From a bacterium (GTDB lineage Bacteria > Patescibacteriota > Minisyncoccia > UBA6257 > GWB1-50-10): 64,000 bases of DNA. The notes under the pieces were generated by a model. It made no database searches. It worked only from the letters and a program-made list of their open reading frames with translations, and was not told the DNA's origin. Shown one piece after another: positions 38,776-48,352 of this stretch (position 1 is the stretch's first letter; every line of letters starts with the position of its first letter). Both the position numbers and the translations under genes were made by a program. Location: contig DAIDAY010000001.1 in NCBI GenBank assembly GCA_027310365.1, positions 4,142-68,141 of the forward strand, written 5' to 3'.

Positions 38776-40864
38776 AAAGAATATCGAGCCCGTTTTGGTT
38801 GATATCAGAAAACCCAATTTCAACTACGAGCACCTCGAAAAATTCGAGACGGTCAATCTCACAAAAATCCCGCAAAAAAGGAAGGGGCGTTTTGCCGTTT
38901 TCAAAAGGACAGTCCTCGCGGTTCTTGTCGCTTTCATCATCGGCGTGGTATCGTTCATCGGCATAACATTCGCGAACATCAAACAGATAAAATCGGTCGT
39001 CACGGAAACGGGATCCCAGATTATGCAGAATTTCAATTCATCGGTCGGCGCCCTGAAGAATTTCGAACCCAGCAATGCAACATCGTACCTGGAAAACAAC
39101 ACAAAATCCCTCGCCACCATCAACGACCTTGTCCAAAAGAGCTTCGGGCAGACGATTCTCGACACTCTCGGCAACATCGTGCCGATATTTAAGGAATCGG
39201 TCGGCTTGATAGGCCAAGTGTCGGACTTGAACTACAGCCTTCTCGAACTCACGAATACGCTCGGCGATCTGGAACAAAACGGGTTTAAGTATTTTCAGAA
39301 CAACGGGTCTGCCTTGATAGCCGATCTCCAGAAAATACACACCTTCATCCAGAATCTCAACGCGGAAACGAAGAGCATCAAGAATGCGACCTCATACCTC
39401 CAGAGCATGTCGGGATTTTTCGGCAATTTGAATCAGTCGATCGGCGATCAATATCTGAAATACAGCTCCGATCTCTATGGCTGGGACAATATGCTCATCG
39501 CGCTCATGAACTTCTTGAACTCTTCGACCACGGAACATGTCGCTATTTTGTTCCAGAACCCTTCCGAGATACGGCCGGGCGGCGGATTCATCGGAAGCTA
39601 CGCGGACCTTGCGATCCGGAACGGACAAATCCAAAACCTCGATGTGCGTGACATCTATGACCCCGACGGACAGCTCACCGTAAAAGTCATCCCGCCGGAA
39701 GAATTGCAGGCAACGACGCCGAACTGGGGGGCGAGGGATTCTAATTGGTTCTTTGATTTCCCGACATCCGCAAAAACGGCCGTCAACTTCCTGAATATCT
39801 CCAAGATGTATTCGGAAAAGGGAATACGGTTTGACGCCGTCATTGCGATCAACATTAACGTCGTAGAATCTTTCCTCGACGTAACCGGCCCCATCGCCGT
39901 GCCCGGCTACGGTACCATCAATTCCTCGAATCTTCTTCCCGAGGTGCAGAAAGAAACGGAGGTCGGCGCAGACAAATCCGCCGGCCAGCCGAAGAAAATT
40001 CTCACGGTCATCGCACCCATTCTCATGGAAAAATTGAACGGGCTAAACGTCCAGGGCAACCGGGCGCTTGTGAACGCCCTAAAAACCCATCTCGACAAGA
40101 AAGACATTATGCTCTATTCGACCGACCCAGTCATGCAGAGCTTTCTTGGCGCGAACAATTTGGATGGCTCGGTCTACGAACTGCCGGATAGTTTCTGGGG
40201 CAATTATCTTGCCGTCGTGAATGCGAATGTGGCGGGCGGGAAAAGCGACGCCTTCATCGACGAAAGCGTGACCGCGAAGATCGACATGGACACGAGCGGC
40301 AACACTTTCACGAACGTTTCCATTGCGCGGCAGCACAACGGTAATACAGCCCAAGACCCTTGGTGGAAGGCAAAAAATAACGACTTCATTCAAATTTTTA
40401 CCGAACCGCAATCGAGTCTGGTCGACATCAAGGGGAATGACTTCCGCCCGAAGTATTCCCCGCTCGCAAACTATGCCCAGTCGACATACGCCGTGAACCC
40501 GGATCTCAATGCCATCCAATCGGGAGAAGTATTCCTTTCCAATTTCAACGCCTGGCAGCGCAATGAATTCGGCAAAAATGTCTTCGGCGCCTGGCTTGTC
40601 ACTCAGGCAGGCGGAACCAAGAATCTCACGATCCGGTACCAGTCGAGCTATACGAACGTAAAAGCGCTCCTGCCGGGCCAACAGTACACTTTTATCTTTG
40701 AACGGCAGTCGGGCGTCAAAAATTCCCTTGATTTGACCATCAATGCCCCCTTCAAATATTATTGGGTGGAATCGAATTCACCCGTCTTCACGTATCGCTC
40801 GGATGATCCAGACAAGAGAATAATCATAACCTTGACTTTGGGTTACCAAAGTCTCAACGAATGA
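38753..40864 (+). CDS. DUF4012-like membrane-anchored protein
   Basis: FQNPSEIRPGGGFIGSY, RDSNWFFDFP and N.AGGKSD motifs. Confidence 0.85.
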   Translation: MPQKTVPKKNIEPVLVDIRKPNFNYEHLEKFETVNLTKIPQKRKGRFAVFKRTVLAVLVAFIIGVVSFIGITFANIKQIKSVVTETGSQIMQNFNSSVGALKNFEPSNATSYLENNTKSLATINDLVQKSFGQTILDTLGNIVPIFKESVGLIGQVSDLNYSLLELTNTLGDLEQNGFKYFQNNGSALIADLQKIHTFIQNLNAETKSIKNATSYLQSMSGFFGNLNQSIGDQYLKYSSDLYGWDNMLIALMNFLNSSTTEHVAILFQNPSEIRPGGGFIGSYADLAIRNGQIQNLDVRDIYDPDGQLTVKVIPPEELQATTPNWGARDSNWFFDFPTSAKTAVNFLNISKMYSEKGIRFDAVIAININVVESFLDVTGPIAVPGYGTINSSNLLPEVQKETEVGADKSAGQPKKILTVIAPILMEKLNGLNVQGNRALVNALKTHLDKKDIMLYSTDPVMQSFLGANNLDGSVYELPDSFWGNYLAVVNANVAGGKSDAFIDESVTAKIDMDTSGNTFTNVSIARQHNGNTAQDPWWKAKNNDFIQIFTEPQSSLVDIKGNDFRPKYSPLANYAQSTYAVNPDLNAIQSGEVFLSNFNAWQRNEFGKNVFGAWLVTQAGGTKNLTIRYQSSYTNVKALLPGQQYTFIFERQSGVKNSLDLTINAPFKYYWVESNSPVFTYRSDDPDKRIIITLTLGYQSLNE

Positions 40865-40902
40865 AACAAAAGAATATTCGAAATTTTTGCATCATCGCAT
40901 AA
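40861..40902 (+). pseudogene. duplicated 5' end of lepA (13 codons)
   Basis: MKQKNIRNFCIIA* versus the lepA start METKNIRNFCIIAH. Confidence 0.85.
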
Positions 40903-41037
40903 ATCGATGGCACGGCTCGCTCTCCAAGTCGCTCTCACGAATCCCGCAATTCGTGAGCTCCGCGATGGGAGAACTTCTGTTTTCCCGACCCTCTTCCCGT
41001 CAATGTGCGCTTATGCAAGAATATAGTTACATATCAC

Positions 41038-42852
41038 ATGGAAACCAAAAATATAAGAAACTTCTGCATCATCGCGCACATTGACCACGGCAAATCGACC
41101 CTGGCGGACCGATTTCTTGAAATAACGGGGACGGTTGATTCACGGCACATGCACGCCCAATACCTCGACCAACTCGAGCTGGAGCGCGAGCGAGGAATAA
41201 CCATCAAGATGGCTCCCGTCCGGATGAGCTACGGCGACTATATTCTGAATTTGATTGATACTCCCGGCCATTCAGATTTTTCCTATGAGGTTTCGCGCGC
41301 CCTCCAGGCAGTCGAAGGGGGGGTCCTTCTCGTCGATGCGACACAGGGTATCCAAGCCCAGACGCTTTCGAATTTCCGCTCGGCAAAGAACGCTGGACTC
41401 ACAGTGATAGGTGCAATCAATAAAATCGACAGATTCAAAGACCGGAACGATCCCATACTCCTCGAATTAAAGAAAGAAGTCGCCGACCTGATCGGCGTCG
41501 AAGAGAAAAAGATCTTCATGGTTTCCGGCAAAACCGGAGAAGGAGCAAGGCAGCTGCTGGACGTTGTCATAGAAAAAGTACCGCCGCCAAAAGCCGCAAT
41601 TCCAAATGACAAATTACAAATTCCAAATTTAGGCCGAGCGCTGCTCTTTGATTCTTTTTATGACGATCACAAAGGCATCGTCGCTTCGGTTCGGGTTTTC
41701 GACGGCAAATTTCAGAGAGACGATACCGCCGTCTTTGCGATCAACAATGTGAATTTGAAAATCAAGGAAGTCGGTTACTTCGCGCCACAGATCAAGGCGG
41801 GAACAAGCATCGGAACGGGGGAAGTGGGATACATCGCGACGGGCATCAAGGACACGAGCAAGGTGAAAATAGGAGACACCGTATTGAATTCAAAAGTTCA
41901 AATCTCAAATGCCACATCACTTGCCTTGCCTGGCTACCGGGAACCCAGCCCTGTGGTTTTCGTCTCATTTTACTCGGAAGACGCGAATGACCACGACGTT
42001 TTGCAAAGGGGGCTGGAAAAGCTTCACTTGAACGACTCATCTTTAAAAATAGAGCAAGATCAAAATGAGATTCTGGGGAGAGGGTTCAAGGTGGGATTCC
42101 TTGGGAAACTCCATTTCGAGATAACGGCCGAGCGCCTCGAGCGTGAATTCAACGTGACGGTGGTAAGCACCTTCCCATCAGTCGTCTATAAAATCAAACA
42201 CCAGGGGCACATCAGCTTCATAACGAAACCCGAAGACTTGCCCGAAGGAGTGGAAGAAATTTGGGAACCGATCGTGGCAATCAACATCCTCACGCCCTCG
42301 AACTATTTGAGCAACGTCATCTCGCTCCAGCGGACGTTCCGAATGCGAGATCTCACGACCACGACCATCGGGACGGCGATAGAAATCGACGGGCGGATGC
42401 CTTTGGCCGAACTCATCAGCGATTTCGACGACCAGTTGAAATCGGCAACATCCGGATATGCTTCGTTTAGTTATGAATTCGAGAACTATGAAAAAGCAGA
42501 TATCGTGAGGGTTGACAGCTATGTCGCAAGCGAGATAGTGCCGGGACTCTCAAGGTTCTTCCCCAAGGAAACCGTTGAGCATGAAGCGCGGAAGATGGTT
42601 GAGAAACTCAAAGAAACGCTTCCGCGGCAGCAATTTTCACAGGCAATCCAGGCGAAGATCTCCGGGAAAGTGATAGCGCGGGAAGACATCCCGGCCATGC
42701 GGAAAGAACTCGGGAATTTCGGCAAAAATGGGGGAGACCGAACAAGGAAGATGAAGCTTTGGCAGAAACAGAAGAAAGGGAAGGAGAAACTAAAAGCGAT
42801 GGGGAAGGTCACAATCGCCCCAGAGGTGTTCAAGGAGTTGATCAAAAAATAG
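41038..42852 (+). CDS. lepA: elongation factor 4
   Basis: IAHIDHGKSTLADR, RERGITIK, DTPGH, NKID and RKMKL..QKKGK motifs. Confidence 0.97.
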   Translation: METKNIRNFCIIAHIDHGKSTLADRFLEITGTVDSRHMHAQYLDQLELERERGITIKMAPVRMSYGDYILNLIDTPGHSDFSYEVSRALQAVEGGVLLVDATQGIQAQTLSNFRSAKNAGLTVIGAINKIDRFKDRNDPILLELKKEVADLIGVEEKKIFMVSGKTGEGARQLLDVVIEKVPPPKAAIPNDKLQIPNLGRALLFDSFYDDHKGIVASVRVFDGKFQRDDTAVFAINNVNLKIKEVGYFAPQIKAGTSIGTGEVGYIATGIKDTSKVKIGDTVLNSKVQISNATSLALPGYREPSPVVFVSFYSEDANDHDVLQRGLEKLHLNDSSLKIEQDQNEILGRGFKVGFLGKLHFEITAERLEREFNVTVVSTFPSVVYKIKHQGHISFITKPEDLPEGVEEIWEPIVAINILTPSNYLSNVISLQRTFRMRDLTTTTIGTAIEIDGRMPLAELISDFDDQLKSATSGYASFSYEFENYEKADIVRVDSYVASEIVPGLSRFFPKETVEHEARKMVEKLKETLPRQQFSQAIQAKISGKVIAREDIPAMRKELGNFGKNGGDRTRKMKLWQKQKKGKEKLKAMGKVTIAPEVFKELIKK

Positions 42853-42890
42853 AGAGCGGAGGTTTTCCCTCGCTTAGTCTCTCATTCGTC

Positions 42891-43051
42891 AAAATCCACC
42901 TTACCCCTCATCGAAATGAAAGGAATAAAGCCGTGCAATATCGAACTCAGCATCGCTGCCTCAAAATTCAGTACCTGCTGATTTTTGAGGCAAGATCGGG
43001 ATTCCGACGGGTGATCGTTTACCCATTCCTTCCTTATCGCTCGGGGATTTT
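42891..43051 (-). repeat. rod-shaped palindromic element, copy 2
   Basis: Reverse complement aligns with 25208-25359, including the central TGCCTCAAAA..TTTTGAGGCA. Confidence 0.8.
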
Positions 43052-43125
43052 AAAACGCTTTCGGGGAAACTGTTCGAAACGACTTTTGTTCTCTCTTGAG
43101 GAGAGATAGAATAGAAAGCAATGAA

Positions 43126-43232
43126 TCCTGTTGGAAACCGCAAACTTATGCAAATCATAATCATCAACCGAGTCGAGTTAATCGCACATCATAGGCAGTT
43201 GCTTTAAGTAAGGCGTTCTGTTCCCAATAAGA
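43126..43232 (+). repeat. MITE-like element, copy 4 (ends on A of ftsB-like ATG)
   Basis: TGAA-tcctgttggaaa...ttcccaataaga-TGAG; colinear with 25462-25569. Confidence 0.75.
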
Positions 43233-43528
43233 TGAGGTACTGGAAAGCCATGGTGTTCGTATTGTTCTTCGCTCTTGTGGCGTGGGGATTGGTAAACCTC
43301 TACGTGGCACGAAGGCAGGCAAGCGAACGGGCGGGGATCCTCCAGAGTGAATTAAACGAGGAAAAAACGAAAAACCAGAACCTCGCCTCTCAGCTTCAGT
43401 ACTATTCAAGCGACAATAATTTGGTGAAGGAATTGAAGGAACAGACGTCTTACAAAAATCCGGGCGAAAAGGTTATAATACTCGTGCCCGGAGCGACATC
43501 AACGACCAGTACGACAAGTACACAATAG
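43232..43528 (+). CDS. septum formation initiator (FtsB/DivIC-like)
   Basis: TM, coiled coil and KE...YKNPGEKVII. Confidence 0.78.
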   Translation: MRYWKAMVFVLFFALVAWGLVNLYVARRQASERAGILQSELNEEKTKNQNLASQLQYYSSDNNLVKELKEQTSYKNPGEKVIILVPGATSTTSTTSTQ

Positions 43529-43533
43529 AAAAT

Positions 43534-43607
43534 GCGGGTATGGTTTAGTGGCAGAATGCGACCTTCCCAAGGTTGAGACAGGAGTTCGATTCTCCTTACC
43601 CGCACCA
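43534..43607 (+). tRNA. tRNA-Gly(CCC)
   Basis: GCGGGTA/TACCCGC acceptor stem, CGACC-TTCCCAA-GGTTG anticodon arm, GTTCGA T-loop and encoded CCA. Confidence 0.96.
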
Positions 43608-45062
43608 CAAAGGAAAAGTCAATGCCTCGCGGCGCGAGACGCGCCGCTCGGCGACCAAATCGTATGGAGTTTTCGGGGCAAAAAGAAATTCCCGATTCCT
43701 CAAAATATGGTTCGAGCCGATGTTTTTCAGAAATGTTGGCAATTCAGAAAGATTATCTGATTCAAGCAGTTTTTCGGCTTGATTTAAGGATTTTACAAAC
43801 TCACGAGCCGGTTCGAGCCAAGATAATCCTTTTTGCTCAAGGTCGGTGATTTTCTCAGCAAGCGACACTTTTTCGGACAACAATCTCTGCTTTTTGGCGG
43901 CGTATTCTTCTGTGGATAAAGCGTCTGCTAAATAGATGTCCAGTAGCTTTTGAAGTTTTACTTCAATTTGCGATAACTGATCTTTTAAAATACTAACCTT
44001 GGCTTGTGCGTCTTGCTTTGCTTTATCTTGCTCGCTATCTAACGCCGCCAAAACTTTTTCAGTGTCTTGGCTCGACAAAGAAACTTTTTGAAGAAAAGAT
44101 TTGATTTGCTCGGTTAGTGCTTCCTCGCGGAGATAATGCTTTTCTTGGCACGGCCCTTTCTTTTTCGTGCATCGGTAGTAGTTATGTTCCTTTTGTTTCT
44201 CGGCAGTAATTGAACAACCGCAGGAAGCGCATTTTAATAAGCCAAGAAAAGCAAAATTGTGTTTACGAACTTCTTGTACCTTGCCACGCTTTGCCATAAC
44301 TTCTTGGCATTTGTCAAAAAGTTTCTTTGAAATTAACGGCTCGTGCGTTCCTTCAAAAATTTCCCCCTTCCATTTCATCAATCCTAAGTAGAAAATATTT
44401 TGTAGATTTTTCTGAATATTGCCCACTCGTATTTCTTTATTGAGATTGCCGCGCAAGCCGTTATCCTTGCACCAATTTGCGAGAGAATGAAGGGTGTATT
44501 TTCCGGTGGCGTATAGCTCAAACATTTTTCTAACTTTTGGAGATTTATCGGGGTCAATATCAACCATTCTCGTTTTCGGATTGTTGAGATACCCCACCGG
44601 AGCCCAGCCAGGCCACACTCCGTTTCGGATTTTTTGGCGTAGTCCACGCTTCACATTCTCTCGTAAATTATCTACAAAATATTTTGATTGCCCGAAAGCT
44701 ATATTGAGCATGAATAATCCCTGCGGTGTCGGTTCAAACCAAAAAGTGGGAAATTTGAGGGACTTAATCAAGCCGCGATCTACGAAATGAATAATCTTTC
44801 CGCCATCAACGGAATTTCTTGCGAGACGATCGGGGTGCCATGAGATAATCCCGTCTGCCTTTCCTGATTCGAGAATTGCCAACATTTCTGCGAATTTCAT
44901 TCGCCCAGGTTCTTTGGCAGTTTTTGCCTCGCACAGCGAGGCGACAATTTCAAGTTTTTCTTTGGCGGCAAATTCTTTTAGCTCAACAAGTTGAGCTTCA
45001 ATCGAAAGCACTTGTCGGTCGTCCTCCTCGGTAGATTTTCTCGCGTAGATTATGTATCGCAT
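43596..45062 (-). CDS. large serine recombinase (resolvase + recombinase + Zn ribbon)
   Basis: YARKST, DRLARN, P.GY, LKCASCG and YYRC motifs; stop codon lies within the tRNA. Confidence 0.95.
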   Translation of the reverse strand: MRYIIYARKSTEEDDRQVLSIEAQLVELKEFAAKEKLEIVASLCEAKTAKEPGRMKFAEMLAILESGKADGIISWHPDRLARNSVDGGKIIHFVDRGLIKSLKFPTFWFEPTPQGLFMLNIAFGQSKYFVDNLRENVKRGLRQKIRNGVWPGWAPVGYLNNPKTRMVDIDPDKSPKVRKMFELYATGKYTLHSLANWCKDNGLRGNLNKEIRVGNIQKNLQNIFYLGLMKWKGEIFEGTHEPLISKKLFDKCQEVMAKRGKVQEVRKHNFAFLGLLKCASCGCSITAEKQKEHNYYRCTKKKGPCQEKHYLREEALTEQIKSFLQKVSLSSQDTEKVLAALDSEQDKAKQDAQAKVSILKDQLSQIEVKLQKLLDIYLADALSTEEYAAKKQRLLSEKVSLAEKITDLEQKGLSWLEPAREFVKSLNQAEKLLESDNLSELPTFLKNIGSNHILRNREFLFAPKTPYDLVAERRVSRREALTFPLWCG

Positions 45063-45717
45063 ATGATTTGGATTTTGTTGTCAATTATGGCAATATGTAT
45101 TCCACTCTGGTAATTCCAGACACAAACAACAGAAAGGAGGTCGTTATGGTCAAACAGCACCTTGCAAAGGGGATGAAAGTCAAAATCCTCGAGAGGGGAG
45201 AAATGATTGACGAAGCGATCATTCGACGCATCGGGACTGGTGGATATCCGCCTACCGACGAGATCGAGATCGAGAGCCTCAAGCTTCATCCCGGGGAGAA
45301 GACCGAGTTCGCGTTCATTCGACACAACAATCCCGACCGAGAAGGGTGGCGCATGCTCTTCGAAGATCCGATGGCTGGCGGTCGCTGTTTCAGTCAGCGG
45401 GCGCCGACCTACACCTTCGAGCCAGCGTAAGATGTCTTGTCCTCCCCAATCATCAACGGGCGCACGACCTTCGGGTACGGCGCCTTTCTTTTTTCTTAAT
45501 TTTTTTTGGATTTGAATTTTCATAAAAGAATTTGCCGCCAAAGCAGTAAATTTTTCAATCATTTTTCATTGAAAAATTTACTGGAATGATTTATATTTAA
45601 ATCATTCAAAAACTTGAAATTGTCCGGTTCGCGGCGAAGCCGCTCAATTTTGGTGGGGGCTTCCTCGCCGCCGCAGGCGGCGAAATGCGTTCGAACTATT
45701 TTAAGAATGGAGCACCA
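43602..45717. mobile_element. 2.1 kb integrative element at the tRNA-Gly 3' end
   Basis: GCACCA direct repeats at 43602-43607 and 45712-45717; recombinase frame continues in phase across the joined ends. Confidence 0.7.
45146..45430 (+). CDS. hypothetical protein (element cargo)
   Basis: AAGGAGG SD, 94 aa, terminator at ~45458-45500. Confidence 0.7.
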   Translation: MVKQHLAKGMKVKILERGEMIDEAIIRRIGTGGYPPTDEIEIESLKLHPGEKTEFAFIRHNNPDREGWRMLFEDPMAGGRCFSQRAPTYTFEPA

Positions 45718-45925
45718 GACGAGACACCAAGATCGACGCGTCTGATACCATGAACATGTGGGGGCGGGGCTACTTGGAGAAACAAGAAAGTCAAGTACGG
45801 GATGCTTGGACTTGCGATTCTCGAATCGCTCGTCATGATCGCGGCGCGGGGACACCATACGACCGATGTCGTCGCAAACTTCTGCGGGGTATTCTTTATC
45901 TATACCGTTGGTAGCCGCTGGTGGG

Positions 45926-46198
45926 TTAAAGCAACCGCGGCGGAACAAGTTCCTTCCGCGCTGTGACTTTGCGGTCGATCATCTTTCGGAGATCGACGAC
46001 TCTCACGTTCCATTTTTTGCCGATCTTGAAAGCCGGCAGTTTCCCTTTTTTGCACCACGTGAGAATCGTGCGATTCGTCACGCCGAAAAATTTAGCGAGA
46101 TGCTCCGTATCGTAGATTTTGCTTTCGTTGCTCGTATTGACATTATACCACTTCGATGGCCTTCTTTTGAAAATCCGAAAAACGTGATAAAAAGGCAT
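45926..46198 (-). CDS. excisionase-like (HTH_17) DNA-binding protein; start uncertain
   Basis: [35 protein letters not shown]. Confidence 0.8.
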   Translation of the reverse strand: MPFYHVFRIFKRRPSKWYNVNTSNESKIYDTEHLAKFFGVTNRTILTWCKKGKLPAFKIGKKWNVRVVDLRKMIDRKVTARKELVPPRLL

Positions 46199-46202
46199 CC
46201 TT

Positions 46203-46796
46203 ATGCAATCTGATAGCAGAAGAACAATAAAACCGGCAGGTATTCCGCGCCTATCACAAGGGAGTGCGCCGCCATCCGTGGCTGATAGCTTCGGTTATTT
46301 TGGGTTCCGTGGGCATTCAGGCGGCAGATTTGTCTTCTCCACTCTTCATGCGGCAGCTTTTCAGTACATGGAGAACATCCGCTATGGAAGGCGCGGCGCG
46401 ACCGATGGGGAAGTTATCCTCGCGGCGAAGAAAGCGCACTGCCACGCATTCATCGAGATACTGCCTGAAAAGTACCAAACGTATGTCGGCGAGCGCCAGT
46501 GGGTCGCGATCGCGCGGGCGATTTTGAAAGACGCGCCCATTTTGGTTCTCGACGAAGCAACTTCGAGCTTGGATTCCGAATCGGAAGCGCTCATCCAGGA
46601 TGCGCTCCGTACGCTCATGGAAGGGAAGACGGTTATTGTGATCGCTCACCGGCTTTCGACGATCATGAAAATGGACCGGATTATGGTGATAAAAAACGGT
46701 GCGATCGTCGCCGAAGGGAACCACAACGATCTCTTGAAACAGAACGGTTTATACCAGAAGTTGTGGAACATCCAAGCGGGAGGATTCCGTTCGTAG
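46203..46796 (+). pseudogene. ABC exporter pseudogene with internal deletions
   Basis: Short TM fragment joined to a partial NBD ([22 protein letters not shown]); Walker A and LSGG absent. Confidence 0.85.
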
Positions 46797-46809
46797 TACA
46801 ATAAGAAGC

Positions 46810-47391
46810 ATGGAAATGAAACGACTATCCTCGAAACAGCCGATACCGCCGGATGCGAAGCGGGTTTTTCACGGCGTCATTTTCGACGTCTATCAGTGGC
46901 AGCAGAAACTTTTTGACGGGTCGTACCAGACATTCGAGAAACTGAAACGTCCGGACACGGTTCTCATCATAGCCGTCAATCGGGAGGGAAAGATTTTCTT
47001 CGGCCGGCAAGAACAGCCGGATAAAGCGCCGTTCGCCGGCCTCCTCGGCGGGCGCGTAGAAGAGGGAGAAACGCCTCTTGAAGCAGCCAAGAGGGAACTT
47101 TTGGAAGAGTCGGGATACGCCTCCGACGAGTGGGATTCTTTCGATGTTGTAGAACCGGTGAGCAAGATCGACTGGAGCATTTACACTTTTATTGCGAGGA
47201 AATGCCGTAAGGTCGGCAATCAAAAACTTGAAGCGGGGGAAAGAATAATTCTGGCATTCGCGACATTTGAGGAATTCGTCGATCTCACACTCTCGAAAGA
47301 ATTCGGCGACTCGGAGATAAGGGTAAGATTTTTGGAAGCGAAACTCGATCCGGCAAAGATGGCTGGATTGAAACGTCTTATTATCGGCTGA
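46810..47391 (+). CDS. NUDIX hydrolase (ADP-ribose pyrophosphatase-like)
   Basis: GGRVEEGETPLEAAKRELLEESG. Confidence 0.9.
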   Translation: MEMKRLSSKQPIPPDAKRVFHGVIFDVYQWQQKLFDGSYQTFEKLKRPDTVLIIAVNREGKIFFGRQEQPDKAPFAGLLGGRVEEGETPLEAAKRELLEESGYASDEWDSFDVVEPVSKIDWSIYTFIARKCRKVGNQKLEAGERIILAFATFEEFVDLTLSKEFGDSEIRVRFLEAKLDPAKMAGLKRLIIG

Positions 47392-48208
47392 TGCGGTAGT
47401 GGTTGTTTTCCTCCTCGAGAAACCCTTCGCGAGAAAGGGAAGCGAGAAGAGGCCGGAGAATGGTTTGCGGCTGGTTGGTTTTTCGCGAAAGCTGATGGAG
47501 CGTTAAGGGGAATTTCAAGAGGAGTTTCAGTACCTGTCCGCGGGTTTGGCGAGTTGATCCCTCGAAACGCAATTGTCTCGCGTAGTGTTTGCTCTTCCGA
47601 TTGGGATTTTCTTTTTTTAAGGAACCCAGCATAGTACCGTAATCCATGAGAGCCCAGTACCACTCGCGGGGATTCCTCCGGTCGATCGTTTGTTCGACGA
47701 AAGGCAAAATGTCGCGGTCGTCGACCTCTTTTTTCTTCCTAAAAAACCAATGAATGAACGTCCGCCGGACATTCGTCTCGATGTAGGGAAGGGGGATATT
47801 GTAGGCATAGGCAAGAATTGCTCCGGCTGTCGCTTTTCCGATGCCGGGGAGCTTGGCAAGCTCATCGGGATTTTTCGGTATCTTTCCGTCGTATTTTTTG
47901 ATTACTTCCCCTGCGGTTTTTTGAAGATGGAGCGCACGGCGGTTATATCCCAGTCCCTGCCAAATCCCGAGGATTTTCCCGGGAGAGGCGCCGGCGAGCG
48001 TTTGCCAGTCGGGGAACGTTTTTAAGAACTTCGGGTAGTATTGCTTCACCCGCTCCACCTGCGTTTGTTGGAGCATGATCTCGGAAACGAGAATACGATA
48101 TGGCGTCAAATGTTTCCGCCACGGAAGATCGCGGCCGCAGTGCCGGTAGTAACCCCAGATTTCGCGTTGGAACTTTCCCCTTTGCTGTTTGCTCAAATTT
48201 TTTGCCAT
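47381..48208 (-). CDS. mutY: A/G-specific adenine glycosylase-like (HhH-GPD, no Fe-S cluster)
   Basis: RDLPWR, SEIMLQQTQV, WQGLGY.RR and LPGIG motifs. Confidence 0.88.
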   Translation of the reverse strand: MAKNLSKQQRGKFQREIWGYYRHCGRDLPWRKHLTPYRILVSEIMLQQTQVERVKQYYPKFLKTFPDWQTLAGASPGKILGIWQGLGYNRRALHLQKTAGEVIKKYDGKIPKNPDELAKLPGIGKATAGAILAYAYNIPLPYIETNVRRTFIHWFFRKKKEVDDRDILPFVEQTIDRRNPREWYWALMDYGTMLGSLKKENPNRKSKHYARQLRFEGSTRQTRGQVLKLLLKFPLTLHQLSRKTNQPQTILRPLLASLSREGFLEEENNHYRISR

Positions 48209-48352
48209 CGTGTGGATTGTACCCCCGTACCTGTCGAGGGGCAACGTCTATTATTTAACGCTCCTCGGCAGGTACAGGGTGTCGCGCAACGCTCTTGGAT
48301 TGCCTTTCGTATATAAGGATACGAAAGGTCGTAAATTGAACGATTACAAGAG

